From positions 351,416,001-351,480,000 of the forward strand of contig OZ024743.1 in the NCBI GenBank assembly GCA_964016885.1: a stretch of DNA of 64,000 nucleotides. The letters run 5' to 3'. Each line of letters starts with the position of its first letter. Positions within the stretch are counted from its first letter, which is position 1. This DNA comes from Eledone cirrhosa (lineage: Eukaryota). Below, piece after piece: positions 1 through 17,581 of the stretch. The notes beneath the pieces were generated by a model. That model was not told the origin of the DNA and ran no database searches. It saw only the letters and a list, made by a program, of their open reading frames with translations. Made by a program: the position numbers and the translations under genes.

Positions 1-705
1 TCAAAGTTAAAGTAAGTTGATTTATCCGAAAACTTGGATATGCTATTGTTACAAAGTAAACTAACAATTTTTTTATTTGTAGTTGCAGTCTGACTGGACT
101 GGAAACCATCTACTACAATTCACTTACTCATTTGTTGTATATATTTTACCATTTACTAATAAATATACCCTCCCGCGTGGTCATGAAAACCCTCTTCCGT
201 GGTCTCTAAGCTCACAAAGGAGAGGGGACATCAAGTTAGATATCAACATTTATTCTGTCCGTTTCATTAAAGGGAAAATTGGAAAGCTTTTAAATGATAT
301 AATTGCCACTTTCTTCCAGATAAGAGCACTCTTTGGATAGACAGAGTTGCTATTGTATAAATGTTCAAAATAGTTGGTATCGCCTGGTGGGAATATAAAT
401 CAAATTCAACTGGTCCTTATTCATAAAAAAAGAACATTTATGTTCCTTTTTTTTGAAATTTATATATTTCCTTTCAAGGAAGGTATTTATACTCTCAGCT
501 GTGCAGGTGTGCAGGTGTGTGTAGACATTAACCGGCAATTGAGATCCGAACAATGAAAAAAACCCACAGTCAACTGGGTCAACGACACTTCGAGTGTAAC
601 CCGTTTGAATCTTGTCTTTCCTTCACCGATAACAATGTATTTCATGTCTGAAATTATTGACTCAACCGTAACGAGTTAACACTATGAAGATCTATTTTAT
701 ACCCT

Positions 706-1087
706 ACTAGCAGATTTACCCGGCGTTGGCCGGGGTTTGAAATGCAACAAAAAATAAACAAGAAACAAACGATAATATTAGTGATTTATCTTCAAATGAA
801 TCTGATGTTTATATTTGTCAATAAAGTTGGTTATCTCCGTTTTTTATAAGGATTGTCAATAAAGTTTGTTATCTCCCTTACATCAATTTTGCTACTGATA
901 ATTTTGATATCGATTTTTTATTGCTCAACGTGGGTCGATTTGAAAAATGTTTGTGATGTGACAATCTTAGCGACATGTGCAACGTGCACAGAAAATTTGG
1001 TCAAATTCAGTTGGTAATTGTAAAAGCCTTAAGTATGCAAAGTTGTACACAGACACACACACATCCTCGCTTTTATATATATAAAGA
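706..1087 (-). mobile_element. Non-autonomous Helitron
   Basis: The minus strand starts A|TC-tttatatatataaaagcgaggatgtgtgtg. It ends with hairpin ccccggccaacgccggg followed by CTAG|T. Confidence 0.7.
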
Positions 1088-1319
1088 TTATTTTATTTTA
1101 GTTATACTCCCCCATGTCCTCACATACCCACCGTGTTTTTAAGTGTACTCACATATGGTTGTATGTGGGCGCATGTGTGTGCGGACATATGAGTACATAC
1201 ATATATATATATGCATATATATATATATATGCATATATTTATATATGTGTGTTGTGTGTGGGGGGGGGGTATCTATGCATAACTCTTTGTGTTTATATAT
1301 ATATATATATATATATATT

Positions 1320-3243
<1,924 letters not shown>

Positions 3244-3246
<3 letters not shown>

Positions 3247-3740
3247 TTCCTCAGTTATATATATATATATACATATATAGATTAAAATAACAGATTAAAG
3301 TTTAAGCAAAGAATCGCTGCTTTCACCCTTAACGGGATCTTCTAAAACTAAAAAATTCAATCTGTGAACGCAGAAGTAAATATTTCGAAAAACGTTGCAG
3401 CCGAATGAAGACAGGAAGACGATACTTTGGTTCGTGGAAACGTTTCCTGGCAAATACCGAAGATAACACGTCATTATTTGGAGCGGTGAAAACAAGTACA
3501 CGCAAAGACAAAACCACGTTTATGGTATAAATGAAGTCGTAGACTAATATTCTATTAGGTGGTTCGTGGAAACGTTCTCTGGCAATGAACGGGAAAAACG
3601 AAGATAATACGTCGTTATGTGGAGCGTAGAGAACAATTACACACAAAGACAAAACTACGTTTATGGTATAACTGAAGTCGTAGACTAAAATTCTATTTAG
3701 GAAACCGTACGATTCTCGGCTTCAGAGTTAAGAATAATGT
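3244..3740 (-). mobile_element. PLE pseudo-LTR copy joined to the 5' tip of a Helitron
   Basis: Same repeat as 1320-1780. The minus strand continues ctgttattttaa|TCtatatatg..ataactgaggaagga, as at 38228-38280. Confidence 0.7.
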
Positions 3741-4100
3741 AAATAAATTACAGAGGTAATTGAAATCAAACAAAAATTAAATATATACATGCACGCATCT
3801 ATATACGTACATACACATGCATACGTGAAAACACCCGCCATGGGGATGTAAATACAATCACGTACACAAAAATCACGCACGCACATACAGAACCCACGCA
3901 ACGCCTGTACCCGCACTCATACGAACGTATACACCAAATACACATAAAAATATATATAAAAATATATGTAGAGGTTATATTTAATTTGTTGGGATACAAC
4001 AAGCAAAATATTTTTATAACTGATATAAAGCACTCAACAAATTATTGGAGTAAATATACAATATATTAACAAATGGAAACTATATTTATAAAACCATATT

Positions 4101-4166
4101 TATTTCATTATACATATTTCAAGGGCCACCAGAGCAAACTATGGTGCGCTTTCATCAGATAAAATA
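4101..4166 (-). ncRNA. Minimal type I hammerhead ribozyme (PLE-type)
   Basis: tattttat CTGATGA aagcgcacca..tggtggccctt GAAA tatgta TA atgaaata. Confidence 0.75.
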
Positions 4167-4532
4167 TAATATAGGTTAGTTTTATAAATAAATATTGACA
4201 TACCCTTAAAAAATGCAACCATTCTGGTTGGAATCTCCTGGATAGTGGAGTTATTAGATTTAGTGTTGGTTTATTATGCAAATTAGTGTTGGAAAGGTTT
4301 AAAAACAGTATATTTAAATTAAGCCGTTGGAATAGGGAAAAAAGAGAAAAGAAAGAGAAAAAACGAAAGAAAGATAGAGAAAAACCTGAGTATATTTTAG
4401 TGAGAGACAATAGCGTAATTTTGAGAGAAGAGGCGAAGAAATAAATATAGCGTGGATGAATACCGTAAGATGGATAAACAATAATAATAAATAATAGTAA
4501 AGATAAGTTGAAGAATTTATCTAATGTTTAAT

Positions 4533-4722
4533 TAATTGTTTCTACTTTTGGCACAAGGCCAGCAATCATCTCAGTGCATTACTGGTACTTTATTTTATCG
4601 ACCCCGTAAGGATGAAAGGCAAAGTTAACCTCGGCTGGATTTGAACTCAGATCGTAAAGGCCCGTAACTCCATGCTGCAAATCCTGGTGTCCGACCCTAT
4701 AACGATACTGCCAATCCACCGC
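4533..4722 (-). mobile_element. tRNA-derived SINE (other copies ~4918-5030+, 9777-9956+, 35229-35448+, 40730-40873-)
   Basis: A box (tggcagtatcgg-like), B box (gagttcaaatcc), core gcctttcatccttacggggtcgataaaataaagtaccag and tail ggccttgtgcc.aaagtagaaacaatt. More than 12 copies in the window. Confidence 0.85.
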
Positions 4723-5527
4723 AATTATATCTAATGTTTAATTAATATCTAATGTTTAATTAATAATTTATCAATTCAATCCGTAGTTTAAATGTTTAAA
4801 TGTGTATGTTAGATTATTAAAGTTGAGACTTATATATTATTATTAAAGAATATATATTATTATAAAATATGTTATTATTACAAAACCATATATAATTTTA
4901 TTATTTATTATTAATTATCAAATCCCGCCAAGGTTAACTTTGCCTTTCCTCCTTATGGGGTCGATAAAATAAAGTACTAGTAATACACTGGGTAGTTGCT
5001 GGCCTTGTGCCAAAAGTAGAAACAATTATTTATTATTAATTAATTATTTAAAAAAATTTGTAGGTTTAAAATATCCGAATATTTCTAAGCTCATGGAATT
5101 TCCGAGAGTTTACAGAAGAATAATCCCTTATTTGTAATAGCAGTAGAGCGTAAAGGAAATTGCTAGCGATTTATTAATAATTTAGATAGCTCTAAGGATT
5201 AAATGCTATAAAGTTAAGATGTTAAAAAAAATTTTTTGATTATCCATCTTAATAATATAATTAGAGTATGAATTTTATGTTATTTTATAGCAAGTTATAA
5301 ATTCATAACTCCAACCTGTCATACAGTTATGACTGTTAAAAACATAAATGTGTTTGCTATAACGTGTTAACATTTAAAAATTCATTAATTGGAATATATC
5401 CAAAGCATAAACCATAAAAGAGTCTTTCATAAGAGTATATCTGTAGAATTAGAATATATTTAAAGTATAAATTTTATATATATATAAACATTTTGACATA
5501 CATCTACATCCACATACACACACACAT

Positions 5528-5616
<89 letters not shown>

Positions 5617-5618
<2 letters not shown>

Positions 5619-6460
5619 ATTTACGTGGTTTTGTTTTTGCGTGCAATTGTTCTCCACGCGAAACATACGACGTATTATCTTCGTTTTTTCCGTTCATTGC
5701 CAGAGAACGTCTCTATGAACCACCTAAGAGAACATTAGTCTAAGACTTCTTTTATACCATAAACGTGGTTCTGTCTTTGCGCGTAATTGTTTTTTCACCG
5801 CTCCTATTAATGACGTATTATATTCGTTTTTTTTCCGTTCTTTGCCAGGGAACGTTTCCACGAACCAAAGTATAGTCTTCCTGTGTTCCTCTGGTTGCAA
5901 CGTTTTTTGAAATATCCACTTCTGCGTTTACAGATTGACTTTGTTAGTTTCAGAAGATCCCGTTAAGGGTGAAAGCAGCGATTCTTTGCTTAAACTTTAA
6001 TCTGTTATTTTAATAAATATATATATATATATTCGACCACACCTATATATATATTCGACCACACCTAACCTCGCATCACACCTAGCACGCACGAACATTA
6101 GGAAGACTAGGGAATGTTTCGAAACAATTAAAATGGCAGCCAACCACCAGCAACCGACTACACTGAGAAATAGGCAACATAATAGTATCACTGAGCCATC
6201 TAATGGTATAGAGGCACCTAGTGATAATGCTAGTAACCAAAGTTCGGGAGGTACGCTAACTGATCGAACCCGCAGTTGCAATTGTAGGCGGAGTAGTAAC
6301 TGTCCCCTAAGGGGGGCTTGCCTCATGAAAAACATCGTATATGCATGTGACGTAACCACACCCAACTCTACCAAAACATATATAGGATCAACGTCCAATA
6401 CATTTAAAACTAGATATAACGCGTATGAGCACATTTAGACACGATAGACATAAGAATGCC
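5617..6460 (+). mobile_element. PLE pseudo-LTR followed by a GIY-YIG endonuclease fragment
   Basis: 5617-6018 is the reverse complement of 1320-1720. 6133-6438 encodes CNCRRSSNCPLRGACLMKNIVYACDV..TYIGSTSNTFKTRY. Confidence 0.75.
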
Positions 6461-7178
6461 ACTTCAAACTTGCATTTATATATTCCTTGCCGTCTAAAGA
6501 TATTAACTGCAGCTTTTATTTTTTAATTTTCTGTTTTTAAAGGGGTGTTAGGTGCCGGTTATCCATCTCCGTCGCGCTCTTATAATATCTATCTGTATGC
6601 CTGGCTGTCTGCATTACGACATTCTGACGAACATTGATGACGTATTACGTTCGCTATTTTCCGTTCATTGCCATGGAACGTCTTCACGAAACAAAGTATC
6701 GTCTTCCTGTTTTCCTTCGGCTGCAACGTTTTTCGAAATTTTTACTTCTGCGTTCACAGGTTGATGTTTTTAGTTTCAGAAGATCCCGTTAAGGGTGAAA
6801 GCAACGATTCTTTGCTTAAACTTTAATCTGTTATTTTAAACTATATATGTATATATACATATAACGCATTAGGTGAAAAACTTTATCAGCTTTTTAGGGG
6901 TTTTTTAGGGGTTTTTCGTCTAGCCGATTTTCCCGAAATTTCAAGGCATATTATGCACATAAAAAAATTCATTTCCTTGATCCCCTAGGGCCCGCATTAG
7001 GTGAAAACCTGCATTTTTCCTGCTTCATCGAGGAAAATCTTAGATTATCCAGCCATCAGAGTATTCAGTTTATTGTCTTTACATATTGTCCAGGCATACA
7101 GTTTTTCCACGATTAGGTCTGTTGGCGGCCCGCGTTCCAAAATACCTTATCGTGTGCAACGCCGGGTGCCACTGCTAG
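6461..7178 (+). mobile_element. Composite of PLE pseudo-LTR and non-autonomous Helitron 3' part (paralog of 37860-38931)
   Basis: Colinear near-identity with 37860-38931 apart from an internal deletion. Ends ..gcaacgccgggtgccactg CTAG|T. Confidence 0.75.
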
Positions 7179-7184
7179 TATAAT

Positions 7185-8640
7185 ATATACGCCTATAACA
7201 TATACAAACAAATAAACGTACCTTCAGAAAACATACAGGCAATATATACTTACCTATACAAATAAGTAATGGTATAAACATAACATATACTTAGCTACCA
7301 CATCAAGACGTAAAATATCCGCGTATAGTTCGTACTATCCGTTAGGGTATAAGGTGGGGCTGTAATACAGGAAAGTTTTATGCAATTTATGTTTACAAGC
7401 TGAAATTGCCTCAGATCTTTTGTTTAAGATGTGGTCTTTGGCGTAGAGTATTTCCAGGGCTTCAGCGGCGCAGAGCTCACATGGTCTTTTATTTCCGTTA
7501 TACGATCTAGCCCTAGCTAGGATCTCCCAGTGTAACTTATATTGGGTGTGGTTGTCTTTTAGACTCCAGATATAAGCTGAAAGTGACGTCATATTCCTTC
7601 TTAAAGGATTAAGAAAAGAATGGGTATGCATGTAAAGACGCTGCTTGAATCTATTGGCGGTAAACCCTATGTAGGCCCTACGGGACCTGGGTGTTTCAAC
7701 GTTACATTTGGAGACAATGTTACTAGAGAGGAATTTCCCGCAGTCAACCCGATTCCTACAATTACAGTTAGTACTAGCTACAGGTTGCACGTGTTCCCAC
7801 GGCTAAATTTGAAGCTGTGATGTTATGTGCAAGGTTATGAGTCGTAGAGTAAGACATTTTAATGGTATTTCTATTAAAAATGTTACTATATTTATGTGCT
7901 GGGGGGGAAATGCTTCATAATAAAGGAGAGAAAGATCTTAGCTAATGGTGTGGCCACCTCCATATTATATGGTGGGTTATACCATATAATGCATCGGGTT
8001 CTATTTTTCCTAGGTCTATTCTCATACTCTGTATATGCTACCTTATCGACAAATCCACTCCGAGCAAGAACTTCATTGAAATATGTGGAATGGTCAGTGA
8101 AAATATGCTCGTTTGTAGATAGACGGGAAAGCCTCAAAGAAACGTTTCTTACCAGGTTCTTGGTTATGCTGGCAGGATGGTTAGAATGCTTACTTATGTA
8201 ATTAAGCGTATCATTCGACTTTCTATACGGGTAGTGCAAGCCATTCGACAAATTGAGGGTAACGTCGAGGTAATTAACGACCGAGAGGTTGGCCTCAACC
8301 TGTATGGAGAGGTTGAAGCCTTTAAAGAAGGCTGTGAGTTCTTTTCTGAACCTGTCGCAAACACGTGGGCCGCACTTTGTCATGGTCAAAAGACCGTCAT
8401 TACGTTACAAACCACCGCCCACGTTGGGGAATTCTTCCTTGATAGAGAAAAGAAGGAAAAGGCCGATAAGATCAGTAACCACCGCAGAATCGCTGGCGCC
8501 CATACTCACGTCGAATGGGGTACTATTAAACCTCATTTGCATACTCATCTTAATAATTTGAAATATCTGACTTTTTTTCACTTCCCTTCACTATCCAGGG
8601 ATAACTTGAACCGTTAAGGTATATTATCCTTGGTTATGTC
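7185..8640 (-). pseudogene. Decayed Penelope-like RT + GIY-YIG fragment
   Basis: Split over frames: FDVSMGASDSAVVTDLIG, GGGLxRNDGL (decayed YRDD), VNYLDVTLNL, IIWYNPPYN, CNCRNRVDC, AYIGFTANRFKQR. Confidence 0.85.
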
Positions 8641-8661
8641 AAATATTCATAAAACATTTTG

Positions 8662-8721
8662 TATTTTAGCTGATGATAGCGTACCAAATGTTGGTACCCT
8701 TGAAATATATATAATAGAATA
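8662..8721 (+). ncRNA. Minimal type I hammerhead ribozyme
   Basis: tattttag CTGATGA tagcgtacca aatgt tggtaccctt GAAA tatata TA atagaata. Confidence 0.7.
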
Positions 8722-8961
8722 AATATGGTTTTGTAAATATAGTTTCCATTTATTTAATATCATTGTATATATATATCTGTATATGTGTGTGTTTGTATAT
8801 GTATATATATATAAGTATTAAGTTGTTAAACAATATTCGATGATTATGTCAAAGAATGAGTTTTACAGTAGATTGGAAGCACTCAACTGAAAAATAATGT
8901 TCAGGAGTTATTAATATTAAAATATAAGTATTAATAAAATAGATGTTCTTTTGATCAATTA

Positions 8962-9016
8962 CATTTTATTATACATATTTCGGATGTACAACAGTACGTC
9001 CTCATCAGACAAAATA
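8962..9016 (-). ncRNA. Minimal type I hammerhead ribozyme (decayed relative at ~39565-39632, core TTGGTGA)
   Basis: tattttgt CTGATGA ggacgtac tgtt gtacatcc GAAA tatgta TA ataaaatg. Confidence 0.8.
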
Positions 9017-10500
9017 TAATGATACATGACATACCCTGAGATGTTAAATGGTTAAGATTTAATCAAGGTAGTGATTACCCGATAGAAAATTTTATTTATA
9101 TAATATCTGTATGAGAGTGCGAAAACGTAATGAATTCATTAGAGAATGTGTGAATAAGAAAAAACGTTGCATACTTAAAGTGTTCTAAAATTTTAAATTG
9201 TATGATACTACAATATATCTATGGAAACGTCTCATGAATCATAACAGCCAGTGATAGCCACTGGAAAAAGATTTATAAGGAGGGAAAGATAAAGTGTGTG
9301 GGGGGGGGGGGGGGGGTCGAAAGTTAAACGGTTAGAATTTGAAAATATTTAATTTATAATATTAATGTGAAGACTCCAGATTTCAGGATTATTTGCTATT
9401 TATTTATATATTATTTATATAAATTCGATAAGTGTATTATCATTTCTAAACTTCTGAATTGTGAGAATAACATTTTAAAGGATTTAGCTGGCACGTAAAG
9501 AATGAAATATTATACTGTTGATTAATGACCTAAATCTAAACTTTAACAAATATCTCAACATATTAGGTACGTAAAGCTTTTGAAGTACTTATTGTTATAA
9601 ATATTTAAATAACTATTATGTATATAGGTATATATTAATGAGTCAGTATGTATACGGTAAATAATACCGACGAAGATAAAAATAAAATAAAATAATATGT
9701 TACGGATAAAATTTATACATATGTATAATTGGGTGTAAATGCACTAATTATTCTTCAACCAAGATATCAACATATTATTGGCAGTATCGGTAGAGGGTCG
9801 GACGCCATGCTTTCCAGCATAGTTACGTCCCTTTACGATCTGAGTTCAAATCCCGCCGAGGTTGACTTTGCCTTTCATCCTTACGGGGTCGATAAAATAA
9901 AGTACCAGTAATGCACTGGATAATTGCTGGCCTTGTGCCTAAAGTAGAAACAATTATTAGATATAGGGATGTATATATATATATAGATATATATTAGGTA
10001 TTAAGGTAAATGATAACAGTTATACTCTTAACAACATGTCACATTTAAATATATATATATATATATACATATTGTGTGTGTGTGTTTGTATGTATACATT
10101 TATGTGCGTGTGAGTGTATATATATATTTACGTATGTTCGTGTATATATTTTTATATATTTATTTATTATCCCCTCCACCTTTCGTTGTCAACACGACCC
10201 TTTTATGCTTTTATTTTTATTTCTTATTCTTTATTTTTTTATTATTTTGATTTTATTTATTTATATCTGTTCCTCCAACTACCTCCCAATGCGCGGTCAT
10301 TTGTAATTGTACTATGTAGTATCATGCATATACGTGTGATTAAGTGTATGTGCACACTTAAGCGTAAGTGTGTGCGCGTGTATCTAAACTTCTGTATGTC
10401 TATGTATACGTGCATACTTAGACAGATGTGCGTATGTATGTTTACACATGTGTGTATGTCCTTGAGTGGATATATATATGTGTGTGTATTTATGTATGTG

Positions 10501-13088
<2,588 letters not shown>

Positions 13089-13275
13089 AATGTATATGTG
13101 TGTGCGGGTATGTATAGAGATATTTGTGTATGTGTGTATGTATATGTATATGTATATGTATATATATATGTATATATAAGCAAAAGGGATATTTAATTTG
13201 TTGGTAATTCAACAAATATAAATGTTTATAACTGATTCAAAGCACTCAACAAGTTTTCTGGGGTATAATATTCAA

Positions 13276-13491
13276 TGATATTAAATAAATGGAAACTATA
13301 TTTATAAAACCATATTTATTCTATTATATATATTTCAAGGGTACCCAAACTTTGGTGTACTTTCATCAGATAAAATACAAAGTTTGTTTTATTATCTGAT
13401 GAGTGTGTACCAAAGTTTTGGTACCCTTGAAATATATATAATAGAATAAATATGGTTTTATAAATATAGTTTCCATTTATTTAATATTATT
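13276..13491. ncRNA. Inverted pair of hammerhead ribozymes (13317-13377 minus; 13388-13448 plus)
   Basis: Both arms read CTGATGA..gtac..gtaccctt GAAA tatata TA atagaataaatatgg. The arms are reverse complements over ~100 bp. Confidence 0.75.
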
Positions 13492-13492
13492 G

Positions 13493-13569
<77 letters not shown>

Positions 13570-13963
13570 ATAATAATAAAATAGAAGACTAAAATCCAAA
13601 GAGGGCTATATATATTTATGTATATATGTATGGAGAGATCTGCATGTGTATATATATTTATACGTTATTACTGAGTACCTGTGTGAATGTGCGCTTGTGT
13701 GTGCACATATGTGAGCATAAGATCACACGTTTATATGTGTGTATTTGTATTTCCATGTAGACGCACATATACTTATGTGTTAATGTATACGTTTACGTAC
13801 TATTACGTATATGCGTGAGTTTGAGTATGTGTACCTTTACATTTCGGATATTTATTTATATTTGTTTTCCCCCTTCAATTTTTGCCCGCTATTTTATTTC
13901 AGCCTCACTTTCATTTATCATAAACTCTGTTTTCAAATCCATATTAAATAAATATTTCATATT

Positions 13964-14028
13964 ATTTCTTCTGCTGAATGAAGACAGACATAAATATCTG
14001 TCTTCAAGAAACCACTGGTAAATGAAAT
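13964..14028 (+). ncRNA. Type I hammerhead-like motif, core CTGCTGA
   Basis: atttctt CTGCTGA a tgaagacaga cataaata tctgtcttca a GAAA cca c tgg TA aatgaaat, with a perfect 10-bp stem II. Confidence 0.6.
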
Positions 14029-14119
14029 AATTATCTTATGTTGTTTATTACATAACTAAAAACTCTGTAGCCTACATACAGCACTCTCTTTTCCTTTACC
14101 TTTCCTACGAAAATACTTC

Positions 14120-14182
<63 letters not shown>

Positions 14183-14406
14183 GGGGTGTGTGGGGGTGTG
14201 GGGGTGTGTGTGTGTGTGGAGATATATAGAGATATTAATTAAAAGGGAACTTGTCTCTAATACTTAGACATTTCAATGACTGGATAAAATATACAAATAA
14301 AACATCACTCAGAGAAGCAATTTTACATATTAAGCATATGCCAAACAAACTCTATTTAAGGGAGTATAAGTCAGGCAGACTACAATAAGAGAGTCTTTCC
14401 CATATA

Positions 14407-14808
14407 AATGTCTCCCTACCATGGTTTCAGAAACGGAAGAAAATGTAGAGGGTATTTCAAATCATTGGAATAACCAATACTGTAAGAATTCGTATTTTCG
14501 TCAGGGCAGTATTCTTTGATCATAAAGTCTACATACCATTTTGTTGTTGAAACCGCTTTGTTGAATAGTAAATGATCAAGTCTCTCTATACATATATTAG
14601 TACAATACGACAGGCTTTTAAAGATGCTAGAAATAACAGGCAAAAAAATGTTTAAATCAACTCTACAATGAATGATGCTGTTAATATTAATGCTCTCATG
14701 AATATTAATATTATTTCCCCTGGGGAAAATATGAATTCTTACAGTATTGGTTGATTTGAAATGCCCGCTACTGTTTCTTCCGTTTTTGAAACCATAGTAG
14801 GGAGACAT

Positions 14809-14809
<1 letters not shown>
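14407..14809. ncRNA. Diverged inverted pair of long-stem-II hammerhead motifs (14411-14508 minus; 14714-14805 plus, decayed core)
   Basis: Minus: gcc CTGACGA aaatac..tttct GAAA ccatgg TA gggaga. Plus: ttccc CTGGGGA aaatat..ttttt GAAA ccatag TA gggaga. Confidence 0.55.
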
Positions 14810-14882
<73 letters not shown>

Positions 14883-14941
14883 CAAGGCTCTGATACCATC
14901 AACACTATACACACAGAGCTGGCATATCTAAGAACTGACTA

Positions 14942-14997
14942 ACTGCCTGATGAGGTCATAGCCATACAATGGCTATCATCGAAATATATATAGCAGT
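14942..14997 (+). ncRNA. Minimal type I hammerhead ribozyme
   Basis: actgc CTGATGA ggtcatagcca tacaa tggctatcatc GAAA tatata TA gcagt. Intact core, perfect stem I, palindromic stem III. Confidence 0.88.
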
Positions 14998-15042
14998 AAA
15001 TAAAGGATTATGAGTTCATGCAATTGACTTATGTTTCGTCAC

Positions 15043-15073
<31 letters not shown>

Positions 15074-15074
15074 A

Positions 15075-15160
<86 letters not shown>

Positions 15161-15633
15161 TAAAAGGAATAGAAAATGCTGACAAATTTTTCACAGTTGA
15201 AAAATGGTTTAATCAGGAATAAAAGAGTATTAGTGATTGTATGGGTTAGTATTCAGTTGTGGTTTTAAGTTTTTAAGTTTTTACCGGTTGCGCATTTCTA
15301 AATGCTTTTCAAAAATAATTTTGAGATAGAGTGTCCGTGCTGTTTGCTCTAATCTGATTAGTTTTGGGAATTCTACCTGTTTTTATGTTAAAAAAGTGGC
15401 TCCAGCGTTACTTTGGTGTTGCAAAATTTCTTGTGGTCAAAACAATTTTTGATTGGTCGGTAGAGGTCATGTGAGTGTAAAAAATTGATTTTGCGCCAAG
15501 ACTGTTTTTATGTTAAAAAAAGTGGCTCCAGCAACAATTCTTGTGGTCAAAACAATTTTGATTGGTCGGTAGAGGTCATGTGAATAAAAAATTGGTTTTG
15601 CGCCAAGATTGAGAAATGACTCTTTCACAACAA

Positions 15634-15777
<144 letters not shown>

Positions 15778-15778
15778 G

Positions 15779-15811
<33 letters not shown>

Positions 15812-15879
15812 AGTAGTAGTAAGGTGTTCGATGTTGTGATAATGGTTAGCAGCGATGTGTGTCAAATGGCTATTGAGAT

Positions 15880-15926
<47 letters not shown>

Positions 15927-16275
15927 GCAGAGTAATTCGTGGTGGCAGGGATGGTCAGTAAGAATGTGTCTGAAAGCAATGGGAGGTATTTTAGCATATC
16001 AAAAGATATTTTTCAGCTTTTGTCTTATACGGAGAAGTGCGTGTGTGTGTGTATATATAAGTCTCTTTGTATGTTGATGTACGCGTGTGTATGTGTGTGT
16101 GTATATGTGTGTGTGGGGGGGGGGGGGGACCAGTATTTTTCCCCCTGGTAAAATGGTGTACATTATTCGATTTTTTCAGTAAAATCGGTTCTCTTAATAG
16201 AACATCAAAAATCTTAACAATAAAATGTGTGAAATGATATTCACTATACATATATACACACATACATATATTCAC

Positions 16276-16319
<44 letters not shown>

Positions 16320-16471
16320 TACATATATATACACACATATATATGCACATATATTTTTTTGTGTTGCACCATAGAGCATGTGTGTTTACGTATGTCATTG
16401 TGTTTATATGTGGGTAGAGATGTGTGCTGATGTAGGTATGTATGTTGACGTGTGTATGTTGTGGGTTCGTC

Positions 16472-16668
16472 TTAGGGAGAAGTGTTTAGACGGGGTCCGT
16501 ATTTGTTAATGAAGTAAGATTCCTTGCTGATGCGCTGGGTGTGGGTGGCATTATCTTTAAATTTGTAGAGGGGAAAGATTCTGAAGTTGGGATGATTTTG
16601 GGCGGCACAGGTATCAATGTGTTCACTCAGTGGTATTTTCCTGTATTCCCGTATTTTAATTTGGGATC
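16472..16668 (-). CDS. C-terminus of the PLE GIY-YIG endonuclease, separated from the rest by the LTR element
   Basis: Removing the LTR element and one GATC copy restores the frame: RQRMTVHRS|QIKIREYRKIPLSEHIDTC..RISKESYFINKYGPRLNTSP*. Confidence 0.88.
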
Positions 16669-17097
16669 TGTAGTAAGAGTTGCCTCCCCTGCCACGACAA
16701 TCGAATCGCTGTTCTCTAGACAGGAAGTAGGTGGAGTTGCTTCCCTTTGGGATTGACCAAACTCCCTAGTGGTCACTTCCGGTCAACAGAGATAAAAGGA
16801 GCGATTAACCGCGAAATCTCTCTCTCGCCTCCTGATTCCTGAAGTGGTAACATCTTCGACCATAGCTGGTGATTCTCTCTGGACGACCCTTTCGTTACCA
16901 GCACAATCCAGCTCACCAGCCTGAGATGAGAGCGCCAAGACATTTTCTACCAACTTCACAATGGTATTATTGCCATCGGGTAACAACCCTTTACCTTATA
17001 CACCTTTGACTTCTATGAAGTAAAACTTTATCACACACACCAGTACTCTTTGTCTTTTATATTATGTTGCATGTGCACCGATATCTATTTCCTAAAG

Positions 17098-17115
17098 TGG
17101 TGACCCTGACGTGAT
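17098..17115 (+). promoter_or_regulatory. Primer-binding site complementary to tRNA-Trp
   Basis: tggtgaccctgacgtgat, 1 nt after the 5' LTR. One mismatch to the usual Trp PBS TGGTGACCCCGACGTGAT. Confidence 0.85.
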
Positions 17116-17581
17116 ATTTTTTTTTTTCAATGGGAAATGGTTATACGGTGTATCTGATATGATATAGGACACAAACAAAAAAAAAAAAAAAAGAAAAAAG
17201 AGAAAAATATAACACCTACAATTATTGACACGCAGACAAACCACAATTCTATAAATGTCTTCACCATTCTCTTTTCTCTCCTTTTTCTGCCTTTCGCTTC
17301 TCTCGCAAAAAAATAATTTTTATGAGGATGACAAGATGGAGTCTCTCTTCTCTTTAAATAGTGTTTTGGCGCGAAATAGTCCGCCATGTTGGATTTTTTT
17401 TTGTTGAGTTTTTAGGCCCCCCGAAATTAACGTAGATAACAGCATTCAAGTAATCGCTGGTTCGCACACTGTCCCGGATGCATTAGTTTTCCGGTTCAGT
17501 GCTCTGACGAAAGATTTTAGTTTCCATTTACTGTTACCTTAGAGACATTTTCCCCATACGGTAGATCACTACGGCATACCA

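Noticed and set aside
17091-17096. LTR ending in AA rather than CA as a novelty
   Set aside because: Present in both LTRs and, to my recollection, reported for CsRn1-lineage elements together with the Trp PBS and CHCC gag.
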